64,000 nucleotides of DNA from a virus (taxonomy: Duplodnaviria > Caudoviricetes). Location of the stretch: the IMG/VR virus record IMGVR_UViG_3300017909_004107, positions 56,974 through 120,973 of that record; one strand, given 5' to 3'. The notes beneath the pieces were generated by a model that searched no databases, had not been told where the DNA came from, and saw only the letters and a list, made by a program, of their open reading frames with translations. A program made the translations under genes and the position numbers. Shown one piece after another: positions 52,701-62,326 of the stretch; within the stretch, counting starts at the first letter, position 1; each line of letters begins with the position of its first letter.

Positions 52701-55340
52701 CAATTTACTGGATCTGGAGCAGGATTATCTGCAGGAACTACACCTATTGCCACATTAGATATAGATGGTGGCACAGATATAGGTGCTGACTTAGCAGATG
52801 GCGACTTGATCGTAGTTGATGACGGTGCAGGCGGTACAAACCGTAAGTCTGCAATGTCTAGAGTAAAAGAGTATGTTCTAGGTGGTGGATCAGGTGCTAC
52901 ATTCGCAGCAATCAACGTCACAGGTATTAGTACAGTTGCATTTGTAGATGCTACACAACTCAAAGTATCTGGTGTTTCCACATTTACTGGAGCGATTGAT
53001 GCTAATGGTGGAGCAACTATCGATAATATCCAAATCGGTGTTACCGGTGATAATGAAATAGATACTGCTTCTGGAAATCTAACTATCGATTCTGCAGGTG
53101 GCACTGTAGCAGTCGATGATAACTTAACAGTTAGTGGCGATGCAACAGTTACAGGAGGATTAGTTGCAAACGGAAACGTTGATTTAGGAAACGCGACTAG
53201 TGATACTATCACAGCAACAGGTCGTTTCGATAGTGATCTAGTTCCTTCTACTGATGGTGCAAGAGACTTAGGTTCATCTGCCTTAGAATGGAAAGATTTA
53301 TTCCTCGATGGAACTGCTCATGTTGATACATTAGACGTTGATGCAAACGCAGGTATCATTGGTGACGCGACAGTTGGTGGTACACTTGGTGTTACTGGAG
53401 AATCAACTTTAGCATCTGCTACAGTCTCAGATTTGACAGCAGGTCGTGTTGTATTAGCAGGCACAGCAGGTGCTATTGAAGACAGTGGTAACCTTACATT
53501 CAATGGTTCACTTCTAAATGTCACAGGTGCTGTTACTTCTTCTGGTGCAGTCAACATAGATGACGCCACACAATCAACCAGTAATACAACTGGTGCTTTG
53601 ATTGTTGATGGTGGTGTTGGTATTGCCAAGAACGCACACATCGGTGGAACACTTGATGTTGATGGACAAATTACAAGTTCTGCACCACTAAGAAACTCAA
53701 CTGGTGGTGGATTGATTGCAGGAGTTGGTGTACACAGTACTTCTTCTGCAGGTCTTGTAACTGCATTCAAGTTTAGAGGATCAGGTCTAGAGAACTTTAT
53801 TGTTGAAGATGGCATCGCTGACGTTGTAATGTCTGGTGTTGCTGCTTCCACATTCACAACTCAACAAACTACAGTTGCTACTGAAGGACAGACTGCTATT
53901 TCAGTTGATGCTAGTTACACAAACGGATTTGTAGATGTATACCTAAACGGTGTTCGTCTTATCACAGGAGTTGACTACACAGAAACAAACTCAACCACAG
54001 TTACTCTTGCATCAGGTGCTACTGCAGGGGATGAAATTCAAACAGTATCTTGGAAAGAACTTGGTGATCTCATTCATGTTCAGTCACTAAAAACTGTTTC
54101 TGATCTAACAGTATCTGGGGTGGCAACTGTTACTGGTGGAGTCATTGGTGACGTAACCGGTGATCTAACGGGTAACGCAGATTCTGCTACTGTTGCTACA
54201 ACTATCACAGTTGCTGATGAGTCATCAGACACAACTTGTTTCCCTCTATTCGCTACTGCTGCGACTGGAAACCTTGCTCCTAAGAGTGGCACAAACTTAA
54301 CTTTCAATTCTGATACAGGTGCACTAAGTGCTACTTCATTTGCTGGATCTGGTTCTGGATTGACAGCAGGAACTACACCTATTACAACTCTTGATATAGA
54401 CGGTGCTACAGCAACAAATACACTTGCTGACGCTGACCTATTCATTGTTGATGACGGTGCAGGTGGTACAAATAGAAAAGTCACATTAGAGACAATATCT
54501 GAAACAATCTTAGGTGGATCTGGCGGTGCTACATTCGCTGCTGTAAACGTAACTGGTATCGGTACATTCGGTGGTGTAATCGATGGTAACGGTGGTGCTA
54601 ACATCTCTGGTGGTGCAGGTTTAGTTGCTTCATCTGCAAAGGTATCTGACTTAACATCTGGTCGTGTTGTATTAGCAGGTACAGATGGAGAGATAGAGGA
54701 TTCTGGAAACCTCACATTCAACGGTTCTAAGTTGACTGTCACTGGTAATGCTCAAGTGACATCAGATCTAGATGTTGATGGTGGAATGAATGTTTCTGGT
54801 GGTGAATCTGTAATGAGTTCTGCTACAGTTTCAGATCTTACTTCTGGAAGAGTGGTTCTCGCAGGCACATCCGGAGCAATAGAAGACTCAGGAAATCTTA
54901 CATTCAACGGTTCTACTCTTGCTGTTACTGGTTCTATTACTGCATCAAGTAACGTCACAGTTTCTGGAAACCTAACAGTCAATGGAACGACTACACAGAT
55001 CAATACAGTCAACACAACCATTGAAGACACACTACTTGAATTACAGAAAGTAGATGGTGGAAACCTAAGTTCAGATACTAACAAAGACGTTGGTGTCGTC
55101 TTGAACTACTATGATGGTTCTGCTAAGAAAGCAGCAATCTTCTGGGATGACTCAGCAGGTAGATTTGCTCTAGCAAGTGAAGCGACTGAAACTGGTGGTG
55201 TTCTAGGTTCACTAACATACGGTGGTTTAGAAGTCGGTTCATTATATGTAAATGACTGTGCCGGTGCTTCACAAGTTATCTCATGTAGTGGCACTACAAG
55301 GTCCCTTGAAAACATCACGATCGACGGTGGCTCCTTCTAA
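49728..55340 (+). CDS. long tail fibre protein with internal repeats
   Basis: QFKRG...GEPGFTTD N-terminus; several repeated G/T/D-rich modules; C-terminal IDGGSF. Confidence 0.85.
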   Translation: MGSPVLQFKRGQFSNLPGLRAGEPGFTTDKFDLYVGIDSTTSSNKFFGSHRYWNRETATVGSSVRVVEGSNNGSNYIELKSPNSLAQNVTYTLPATDVANGILVSDGSGNLSYTTTVTGSGSGLSAGTVPLSSLDIDGGSDIGAAIVDADEFIVDDGGTGTNRKVDASRIKDYVLGGGQGANFAAIQVTGISTLGFADASQLKVSGVSTFTGTVDINGAIDVDGGANIAGGETVLSSATVSDLTDGRVVLAGTSGAIEDSGNLTFNGSLLNVTGAVTASGTVTANQFTGSGAGLSGGTTPITTLDIDGGTDVGEDLVDADLIVVDNGAGGTNRKSTLSRVKNYVLGGGQGATFAAINVTGISTLAFVDSTQLKVSGVSTFTGAIDANGNLDVAGTATFATPLANSNLANPSMSVGGVTLTLGGTDATPAFNLSDATSYPTTSLVGTITNAQLAGSIANDKLSNSTVSLGGVSIALGGSDSTPAFDLSDATNYPTTSLTGTITNAQLAGSISNDKLAGSIANDKLANSTVSFGGVTLALGASDATPAFDLQDATNYPTSSLTGTITNTQLAGSIADSKLNTITTANKVGLDALDIDGGTDIGAAITDSDEFIVDDGGNGTNRKTDASRIKDYVLGGGQGANFSAINVSGIGSIAFADVTQLKVSGVSTFTGTVDVNGAIDADGGANIAGGLVANSAAISDLTDGRVVLAGTSGELEDSGNLTFNGSQLGVTGTVNASSTVTGSEFHTGAEGSAIRVTSNTISGPATITLDPAGVGDNTGKVVIAGDFQVDGTTTTVNSTTVTVTDKNIQLADGAANDAAADGGGITIESGEGNKTFQFEATGDNLGSSENLNVASGKVYKINNVETLSATTLGSAVVNSSLTNVGTLTALTVSGTSTLQGDVNLGDATSDTVTVTGRFDSDLVPSADGTSDLGTSDNEWQDLFIDGTAHIDTLDVDENAGIIGNATVGGTLGVTGDGTFSADVDVTGTVTANQFTGSGAGLSAGTTPIATLDIDGGTDIGADLADGDLIVVDDGAGGTNRKSAMSRVKEYVLGGGSGATFAAINVTGISTVAFVDATQLKVSGVSTFTGAIDANGGATIDNIQIGVTGDNEIDTASGNLTIDSAGGTVAVDDNLTVSGDATVTGGLVANGNVDLGNATSDTITATGRFDSDLVPSTDGARDLGSSALEWKDLFLDGTAHVDTLDVDANAGIIGDATVGGTLGVTGESTLASATVSDLTAGRVVLAGTAGAIEDSGNLTFNGSLLNVTGAVTSSGAVNIDDATQSTSNTTGALIVDGGVGIAKNAHIGGTLDVDGQITSSAPLRNSTGGGLIAGVGVHSTSSAGLVTAFKFRGSGLENFIVEDGIADVVMSGVAASTFTTQQTTVATEGQTAISVDASYTNGFVDVYLNGVRLITGVDYTETNSTTVTLASGATAGDEIQTVSWKELGDLIHVQSLKTVSDLTVSGVATVTGGVIGDVTGDLTGNADSATVATTITVADESSDTTCFPLFATAATGNLAPKSGTNLTFNSDTGALSATSFAGSGSGLTAGTTPITTLDIDGATATNTLADADLFIVDDGAGGTNRKVTLETISETILGGSGGATFAAVNVTGIGTFGGVIDGNGGANISGGAGLVASSAKVSDLTSGRVVLAGTDGEIEDSGNLTFNGSKLTVTGNAQVTSDLDVDGGMNVSGGESVMSSATVSDLTSGRVVLAGTSGAIEDSGNLTFNGSTLAVTGSITASSNVTVSGNLTVNGTTTQINTVNTTIEDTLLELQKVDGGNLSSDTNKDVGVVLNYYDGSAKKAAIFWDDSAGRFALASEATETGGVLGSLTYGGLEVGSLYVNDCAGASQVISCSGTTRSLENITIDGGSF

Positions 55341-55366
55341 AATAGGGTTATAAAACTTACATATAT

Positions 55367-55392
55367 AAGGGGACTAGACAGTCTCCTTTTTT
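55367..55392 (+). terminator. intrinsic terminator
   Basis: AGGGGACT-agac-AGTCTCCT followed by a T-run. Confidence 0.7.
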
Positions 55393-55398
55393 ATTACC

Positions 55399-55602
55399 AT
55401 GGACCCTGAAGTACAAGCATTGATCGCAGTTTATCAAAAAAGATTGTCGGATATGACTGCACAAGCGATTGCCTATGAAGCAAGGATTGCAATCTTATTG
55501 AAACAGGTACAAGAACTATCGCAACAACCTGCTCCACAACCTCCTGCACCACAGAAAAAAACAACAAAATCTAGAAAAACAACAGACGCTGGAACATTTT
55601 AG
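55399..55602 (+). CDS. small coiled-coil protein
   Basis: 67 aa; ends DAGTF like the 49229 ORF. Confidence 0.65.
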   Translation: MDPEVQALIAVYQKRLSDMTAQAIAYEARIAILLKQVQELSQQPAPQPPAPQKKTTKSRKTTDAGTF

Positions 55603-55612
55603 ATTTTGACTT

Positions 55613-56140
55613 ATGGAATCATATTTTAGTGGTAAGTGGTCAGACAGTAGTTTTGATTCTTACAAGTGGTCTGGTTACCGATTGGTTGAAGAAGTAAACT
55701 CTTATAAACCTAGATCTGTTTTAGACGTTGGTTGTGGTTTCAATAGATTCAAAGGAAAAATAAACAATCTACTAGGTATTGATCCGTATAATGATTACGC
55801 AGATATAAAAGTATCACTTGAGGATTACAAAGCAGGACCTGTAGATATAGCGTTATGTCTTGGGTCAATAAATTTTGGAGACGACTATACCATAGATAAA
55901 CAAATAGAAATATTAGATTCATTATGGTATAAAAAGGCATACTTTAGAGTCAATCCCGGTATGGAACATACATGGCATGACAAGGCAGATTGGGACGGAA
56001 TCGTTTGGTATCACTGGACTCGTAAGAAGGTAGATAGTATTGTTGGTAATTATAAGTACAATCTAGATCGTTTTGAAGAAGAGTATACAACGCAAGGTCA
56101 TCGACGTTATTATTTTGAATTAAGTAAACCAATTTTATAA
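55613..56140 (+). CDS. class I SAM-dependent methyltransferase
   Basis: VLDVGCG, GIDPY, LCLGSINFG. Confidence 0.8.
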   Translation: MESYFSGKWSDSSFDSYKWSGYRLVEEVNSYKPRSVLDVGCGFNRFKGKINNLLGIDPYNDYADIKVSLEDYKAGPVDIALCLGSINFGDDYTIDKQIEILDSLWYKKAYFRVNPGMEHTWHDKADWDGIVWYHWTRKKVDSIVGNYKYNLDRFEEEYTTQGHRRYYFELSKPIL

Positions 56141-56168
56141 ATAAAAAGGTAATTACCAAAATATTTAC

Positions 56169-56843
56169 ATGTTATCTGGAACAGATTTCGTAAAGAAAAT
56201 CAAAGAAGGAAACAAAGAATTATTTGAAATATCACGCTCAAATGTTCGTCGTTTCTTCAACTCAAATCCAAGCGACGAATACTTAGTTGAGCACTTCCGT
56301 GGACGTATGGTAAACGAAGCTCAAAATATGTATGCAATCGCAGGACAAGTTGCATCTGCTGATCCATCTGCAGACGTAAAAGATCTAGAACTACTTTCTA
56401 AGCAAGCATTAGACGAAGCAAAGCACTTCAGAATGGTAAAGGAAGTCATCGAGCATATCACTGGTGAAGAACTAGACGTTGCTGCTGCATTCGCTGCTGA
56501 AGCAGAAGCACCACAAGCAAAGGGTGCATCACTTCTTGAGAAGTATGAAGCATCAAACGACGAAGCAGCACTTGCTGCATATCAGTTAGTTGCTGAAGGA
56601 AGAGCAGAAGCAGTATGGAACGAAATGGCAGACTGTGTAGAAGACAAGTTCATCTCTACAAGATATGCTTCAATCGCTAAAGACGAAGGATTCCACTCAA
56701 ACTTAGGTGGAAGAGCACTTTCAAAATTAGTTGAAGGTAGCGAGTCACTTCAGTCACACGTACTTGCATTAGTAGAAAAAATGAGAGCAGATCTACTAGA
56801 GATCAGCAATCAGAACACTGCTACTCCTCTTGCCGTTGTATAA
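56169..56843 (+). CDS. ferritin-like di-iron protein
   Basis: E...DEAKH...E...DEGFH ligand pattern; TATAAATA late promoter upstream. Confidence 0.75.
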   Translation: MLSGTDFVKKIKEGNKELFEISRSNVRRFFNSNPSDEYLVEHFRGRMVNEAQNMYAIAGQVASADPSADVKDLELLSKQALDEAKHFRMVKEVIEHITGEELDVAAAFAAEAEAPQAKGASLLEKYEASNDEAALAAYQLVAEGRAEAVWNEMADCVEDKFISTRYASIAKDEGFHSNLGGRALSKLVEGSESLQSHVLALVEKMRADLLEISNQNTATPLAVV

Positions 56844-57456
56844 AAGGTTTACGACCTTCACGGATCTTACTGTCTAACCAATGTTCTTTACATGGAAAGA
56901 CATACTTATGATTGGCATCGACGCTTATAAAGTTGTCGATGCCTTTTTTTGTGACTGGAAATTCTAAAATACGACCAAGATATTCAATATACTTTTCTTT
57001 GTATAGAAAGAATGCTTCATGATCTATGAAGTGTACTGCCATATCTTTGTAATACTCAAGGGCAGTATCCATGGTGCACTCACCACCAACTCTTACTTGT
57101 TGTAGTTCGTTTATATTTCTGTCTCTCACTATCACTGCTATGATTGGCATCACACCTAATTCAAATGCTCTCATTGCAACTTCTTTTATCTTAGGTGTCT
57201 GTCTCTCTCCATCAAAAAAGAAAGGCACACTTACATTTGCACAAAAGTAATCACCTCTGTCAAAATGTTCCTTTGTGAGTTCTTCTGGGTGAACCCAGAA
57301 TCTTGCAAATGGTTCTTGATCACTTGGAACCCAGTACTTGTCATGAAGACTCTCCCACCCAACTACGTTTTCGTGGAGAGAAAATAAACGTGCAAAAAGA
57401 TGGTTTCCTGATCCTTGTGGACCTGTTACGATTAGTAGTTTTTTCATTGGCAGCAC
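56821..57456 (-). CDS. P-loop/sulfotransferase-like protein
   Basis: TGPQGSGNHL, IVRD; paralogue of the neighbouring gene. Confidence 0.55.
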   Translation of the reverse strand: MLPMKKLLIVTGPQGSGNHLFARLFSLHENVVGWESLHDKYWVPSDQEPFARFWVHPEELTKEHFDRGDYFCANVSVPFFFDGERQTPKIKEVAMRAFELGVMPIIAVIVRDRNINELQQVRVGGECTMDTALEYYKDMAVHFIDHEAFFLYKEKYIEYLGRILEFPVTKKGIDNFISVDANHKYVFPCKEHWLDSKIREGRKPFIQRQEE

Positions 57457-58160
57457 GGTCTAGAACCTTCGTCATAAGAATGATCTGTGTCTTTATAGTG
57501 TGGTTTATCTGGTATGTTTGGATTACACGGAAAAGGAACTCCAGTTTTATTTCCATCGTCTAATGGATTCTCTTTTACATAATTGATATACTTTGCATTA
57601 GCATCTTGCTCAAGTATTTCATTCACTCTTTTATCATACCATGCAATAGGAAATTCAAGATCAAGTGACTTCAAATATTCTTGTTTGTAAAGATATAATA
57701 ATTCATAACTTAGATATGTAGGGCATGGAAATGCTTCTTGTATTCCTTTCAATGCATCATAAAAATGTCTTATGGTAGACTCTTCTCTTATTCTTGTCTG
57801 TTGATTTTTCAGTATTGTTTGATCTCTGCCTATGACACATATCTTTACCTTCATTCCCAAACTCTGTGCCTTCAATCCAAACTCCTTGATGTCAGGACAC
57901 CATTTAGTCCCTTTGCTCTCTATACCAAGTGGCACACTGATGCTAGTAAAGAAATGATCATGTGAACTAAAATCAAATTGAGATAATAATTCTGGATCTC
58001 TCCAACATGCAGCAAATGGTTCTGAGTATCTATGTGCTTCCCAGTAGTTATCTAATAAAGATTTCCAACCAAATACATCTTCATGTAGAGAGAATATTTT
58101 AGACCATAGATGATTGCCAGATCCTTGTGGACCCGTGAGTATGGCAAGAGTTTTCATCAT
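57444..58160 (-). CDS. P-loop/sulfotransferase-like protein
   Basis: TGPQGSGNHL, IGRD, LSYE. Confidence 0.55.
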   Translation of the reverse strand: MMKTLAILTGPQGSGNHLWSKIFSLHEDVFGWKSLLDNYWEAHRYSEPFAACWRDPELLSQFDFSSHDHFFTSISVPLGIESKGTKWCPDIKEFGLKAQSLGMKVKICVIGRDQTILKNQQTRIREESTIRHFYDALKGIQEAFPCPTYLSYELLYLYKQEYLKSLDLEFPIAWYDKRVNEILEQDANAKYINYVKENPLDDGNKTGVPFPCNPNIPDKPHYKDTDHSYDEGSRPCCQ

Positions 58161-58247
58161 ATATTATTAGTTACTACTAATTATAACACATAAATAGTGG
58201 CACAACAACGTGTGTCTTTACACACAAAGTGCTCTTTAGCTTACATA

Positions 58248-58793
58248 ATGGCAAATCCAAAAATAAAGGTCAAACGTTCCTCCATTGAAGGAAAAGTACC
58301 GGCAGTTACACAATTAGAACGTGGTGAGTTAGCAGTAAACTCATACGACGGAAAAGTTTACATTTTAAAAGATCAGTTCTCTGTAGGTATCGCTACAACA
58401 ACTCATACTCTCAACCCATGGAATGAACCAAGTGGTGTGGGTGCGGGTATTTCTTATAGTGGTGATGTAAGAGTTGATGGATTGACAGTTGGTAATTATG
58501 ACTTTCCGACAGATGCAGGATCAGAAGGTTTATTTCTAAAGGTTGCATCAGATGGTAATTTAGAATTTGGTTCTGGTGCTGTTGGTGGAGTTGTGCCAAC
58601 CGAAAAAGCATTTACTGCCACACAAGGTCAAACAGTTTTTACTGATACAACTAACTTACCTACATATGTTCAAGTTTTTGTGAATGGTGTAAAAATTAGA
58701 CCAACCACAGATTTTAGTAAATCTGGTGCCTCATTTACTTTGGTTTCTGCTGCAACTGCAGGAGATGAGATAGATCTTGTTAGGTTTGACTAA
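58248..58793 (+). CDS. short fibre-like structural protein
   Basis: IKVKRSS...GELAVN N-terminus; ATQGQTVF...VFVNGV domain also present in the long fibre. Confidence 0.7.
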   Translation: MANPKIKVKRSSIEGKVPAVTQLERGELAVNSYDGKVYILKDQFSVGIATTTHTLNPWNEPSGVGAGISYSGDVRVDGLTVGNYDFPTDAGSEGLFLKVASDGNLEFGSGAVGGVVPTEKAFTATQGQTVFTDTTNLPTYVQVFVNGVKIRPTTDFSKSGASFTLVSAATAGDEIDLVRFD

Positions 58794-58813
58794 CTAAATA
58801 ACTAAAAAGTAAT

Positions 58814-59701
58814 ATGGCAGGACAATTAACAACTGAAGAAAGAAATGACGATATGCTCAATTACAAAGAGGAATTTTTTCTCTATGCTTTGAGACAGTTG
58901 GGTCATCCTGTCGTGGAAGTTAATGTTGCTGATGAACAACTAGAATCAATTTTTGAAGATACTGTATCATACTTTCAAAATAGACATATGGATGGTGTTG
59001 AGAAAGTATATCTAAAACATAAAATTACAGAAGATTTAATTAAGAGAGTTGGTGGAAGAAATGACGATAATGGAGTGGGTATTGTTACAACTACATCAAG
59101 AGATCAAACTATTGTAGGTATTGGAAGCACTGTTCAACATAAGTTTGAAGAAGATTCAAATTGGATTGCTGTGCCTGATCATATTATTGGTGTAGAGAAG
59201 ATATGGAAGATTGATAGTCGTGCAATCAGCACTAACATGTTTAGTGTAAACTATCAATTATTTTTGAATGAGATTTATTATTTTAGTAGCACTGAAGTAT
59301 TGAATTACACGATGACTAAAAGATACTTAGAGGATTTGAATTTTATATTGCATCCAGATAAACAGATAAGATATAATAGAAGACGTAATAGAATATATCT
59401 TGACACAGATCAAAGCAGTTTGAAAATTGATGATTATCTAATCATACAATGTTATAGAGCACTAGACCCTAGTGAGGTAGGTAATAGAGTATACGGTGAT
59501 ATTTTCTTTAGAAGATATTTTACTTCTCTATTGAAAAGACAGTGGGGACAAAACCTAATGAAGTTCCAAGGTGTTAAGATGCCGGGTGGTATGGAACTAA
59601 ATGGCAGACAGATATGGGAAGATGGTACAGCAGAACTAGAAAAGTTGGAGTCTCGTATGAATATGGATTATGAATTACCTCCACTTGATTTTATAGGATA
59701 A
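58814..59701 (+). CDS. gp13: neck protein gp13
   Basis: LRQLGHPVVEVNV, KRQWGQNLMKF.GV.MPGG..LNG. Confidence 0.93.
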   Translation: MAGQLTTEERNDDMLNYKEEFFLYALRQLGHPVVEVNVADEQLESIFEDTVSYFQNRHMDGVEKVYLKHKITEDLIKRVGGRNDDNGVGIVTTTSRDQTIVGIGSTVQHKFEEDSNWIAVPDHIIGVEKIWKIDSRAISTNMFSVNYQLFLNEIYYFSSTEVLNYTMTKRYLEDLNFILHPDKQIRYNRRRNRIYLDTDQSSLKIDDYLIIQCYRALDPSEVGNRVYGDIFFRRYFTSLLKRQWGQNLMKFQGVKMPGGMELNGRQIWEDGTAELEKLESRMNMDYELPPLDFIG

Positions 59702-59871
59702 TGAAAACATACAAACAATTTATGGAAGGTGTAAGGGCAGTAGGTAAACCTGTGAGTCCAACAGATTTTATAAATGACATCAAAACAATTGATGGTGACC
59801 CAAACCCATTAAGAAAACAACTAAAACACATAAGATATAAAAAGTATATTGACACATACGGTATAGGATAA
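59701..59871 (+). CDS. 56-aa putative internal head protein (not in ORF track)
   Basis: N-terminus MKTYKQFME resembles the T4 internal-protein capsid targeting sequence MKTYQEFIAE. Confidence 0.65.
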   Translation: MKTYKQFMEGVRAVGKPVSPTDFINDIKTIDGDPNPLRKQLKHIRYKKYIDTYGIG

Positions 59872-61277
59872 TGGCACTCAATAATTATATTAGACTTACC
59901 GGTGTGAGAAATGAGCAGGATCTTGCTCAGTCTCTCATTGATGAGCATATAAAAATTCATGGTGTAGAGTTCGTCTATATGCCACGTACTTTTGTAAATA
60001 CAAAAACTGTGATGAGAGAAGTCACTTCATCAAAGTTTCAAAAATCATTTCCTATTGAAGGATATATTGAAAACTATGAGGGTTTTGGAGATCAAGATAA
60101 TTTACTAACAAAATTTGGAGTCAGATCTACAGCAGAGATGCAGATTACTATATCTCAAGCAAGATTTAGTGAGTTGATCACTCCTGTTTTGCAAAAAGGA
60201 GGAGGACTTGGAATTGGTGTTCCTGTAAGACCTATAGAAGGAGATCTTGTATACTTTCCACTTGGAGATATATTATTTGAAATTAAACATGTAAAACATA
60301 ATGCTCCTACATTTTATGCTTTAGGTAAGAACTATTGTTATGTGTTAGAGTGTGAGATGTTTGAACTTGGTGATGAAAAAATTCAAACAGGGATTGGTGA
60401 AATTGATGATGATTTTGCAACATTAGGATATAATGTCACAATGTCATTATCGGGTGTTGGTACAACTGCAACAGCGATCACATCGTTGGTAAATGGTGGA
60501 ATCCATAAAATTAAGATATTCAATGAGGGAACAGGATTTACAGCAGATCCCACAGTTCTCATATCAAAACCTAATGGTACTGGTAGAAGAGCAACTGCTG
60601 TTGCTATCACTACTTCAAATTCACAGGGTTCTAGATCATTACAAGAGTTTAGAATCACAGATCCCGGTTTTGGATACACAACTTCTCCAAGTATCACGGT
60701 TACTCCTGTTGATGGTCAAGGTGGAGGAGTATCTCTAGGAGTTGGTATTGCAACAACAGGTGCAGTTGGTATTGTTACAGTTACACTTAAGGGGTCTGAT
60801 TATATTCTTCCCCCTCCAATTACATTTACATCAGCACCTTCAGGTGGTGTGACTGCTATCGGAACTGCAATACTTGTAGATGGTAAGGTAGATAGAATTA
60901 TTACAACTAATGCAGGATATGGTTATACAGTAGCACCTACAGTAACTGTTGGTGTAGCAGGTACAGTTGGAATAGGAACATTCATATATGGAATGATTCT
61001 TACTGGTAGTGAATCTTCAACAACTGCATATGCTGGAACTTGGGATGCTACTACTGGCACTCTGACTGCCAAAGATCTTACAGGTAAATTCTCAGTAGGT
61101 GAATTGATTGTGGGAACAGCGAAGACTACAGGAGAAACTATCGCTTACCGTCTAAATAGCATCGACTACAACGATGATGAGACAAATCTAGATTCGTATG
61201 GAGACAATGTTAGCTTCCAATCAGAAGGAGATGCTATCCTTGACTTTACAGAAAAAAATCCATTTGGTGAAGCATAA
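59871..61277 (+). CDS. gp14: neck protein gp14
   Basis: EHIKIHG..YMPR, LTKFG, RPIEGDLVYFP, DFTEKNPFG. Confidence 0.92.
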   Translation: MALNNYIRLTGVRNEQDLAQSLIDEHIKIHGVEFVYMPRTFVNTKTVMREVTSSKFQKSFPIEGYIENYEGFGDQDNLLTKFGVRSTAEMQITISQARFSELITPVLQKGGGLGIGVPVRPIEGDLVYFPLGDILFEIKHVKHNAPTFYALGKNYCYVLECEMFELGDEKIQTGIGEIDDDFATLGYNVTMSLSGVGTTATAITSLVNGGIHKIKIFNEGTGFTADPTVLISKPNGTGRRATAVAITTSNSQGSRSLQEFRITDPGFGYTTSPSITVTPVDGQGGGVSLGVGIATTGAVGIVTVTLKGSDYILPPPITFTSAPSGGVTAIGTAILVDGKVDRIITTNAGYGYTVAPTVTVGVAGTVGIGTFIYGMILTGSESSTTAYAGTWDATTGTLTAKDLTGKFSVGELIVGTAKTTGETIAYRLNSIDYNDDETNLDSYGDNVSFQSEGDAILDFTEKNPFGEA

Positions 61278-62326
61278 TGTTTGGAAAGTATTTTTACAAC
61301 GAGACAATTAGAAAGACTGTAATTGCTTTCGGAACTCTGTTCAATGATATTACAATAAAGCATACTAATGATACAACAGATGCTGTAATATCAACAATCA
61401 AAGTTCCTATTGCATATGGACCTATGCAGAAATTTTTAGCGAGAATAGAACAACAACCAAATTTCAATAAGAACGTAGCAATAACATTACCAAGATTATC
61501 CTTTGAGATTATTTCATATCAATATGACCCTACAAGAAAAATTGCACCTATAACAAAATTTTGTTTAGTCCCAAATAGTAGTAAAAATAAAATCAAAAAA
61601 GTTTTTATGCCTGTTCCTTACAACATAGGATTCAGACTTAGTTTTGCTACAAAATTACAAGATGATGCTCTACAAATACTAGAACAAATATTGCCATTCT
61701 TTCAACCATCATATAATGTAACTCTCAACATGATAGATGGTCATGATGAAAAAAGAGATATACCGTTTACATTGAGTGATATATCTTTCAAAGATGAATA
61801 TGAAGATGATTTTAATACAAGAAGAGCAATCGTATATGACTTAGATTTTACAGCAAAAACATATTTTTACAACGAGATTCCTACAGACGAAACTGGTGGT
61901 ATTATTAAGAAGGTTCAGATCGATTACTCATCTGCTATTAGAGCACCTAGAGAGGTCAGATATGTTGTCACACCTACCGCTACGAAAGATTACAATCAAG
62001 ATCAAACTCTTGCACTTGCTGCAACATTAGAGGTTGGTAAAACTCTTATGACCGTAACAAGTGGAGCAAGTTTAGTTGTAGGTCAATACATTCAAATAAA
62101 CTCTGAAGTTATGAGAGTTGAGGAGAAAGATAATGTCTCAATTATAGTTGCTAGAGGTCAATATAGAACTGCTGAAACGAAGCATAGCAACGGTGATGTT
62201 ATAAATCTTATTAACGCTGCCGATCATGCATTGATTGAAGTCGGTGATGATTTTGGTTTCAATAGTGATATTGATTTCTTCCAAGATTCTAAATTCTTTA
62301 GTCCTAGTCAGGGCACTGACCAATAA
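61277..62326 (+). CDS. gp15: tail sheath stabiliser/terminator gp15
   Basis: FGTLFNDI, VPIAYGP, LPRLSFE, QILEQILPFFQP. Confidence 0.93.
   Translation: MFGKYFYNETIRKTVIAFGTLFNDITIKHTNDTTDAVISTIKVPIAYGPMQKFLARIEQQPNFNKNVAITLPRLSFEIISYQYDPTRKIAPITKFCLVPNSSKNKIKKVFMPVPYNIGFRLSFATKLQDDALQILEQILPFFQPSYNVTLNMIDGHDEKRDIPFTLSDISFKDEYEDDFNTRRAIVYDLDFTAKTYFYNEIPTDETGGIIKKVQIDYSSAIRAPREVRYVVTPTATKDYNQDQTLALAATLEVGKTLMTVTSGASLVVGQYIQINSEVMRVEEKDNVSIIVARGQYRTAETKHSNGDVINLINAADHALIEVGDDFGFNSDIDFFQDSKFFSPSQGTDQ

Noticed and set aside
50327-55318. Many long minus-strand ORFs in the fibre gene (also in gp7, VrlC and gp14)
   Set aside because: Shadow ORFs caused by Gly/Thr/Ala codon bias; no independent motifs or start signals.
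49728-55340. Diversity-generating retroelement or invertible tail cassette
   Set aside because: No reverse transcriptase or invertase in the window; repeat differences are largely synonymous and not adenine-specific.
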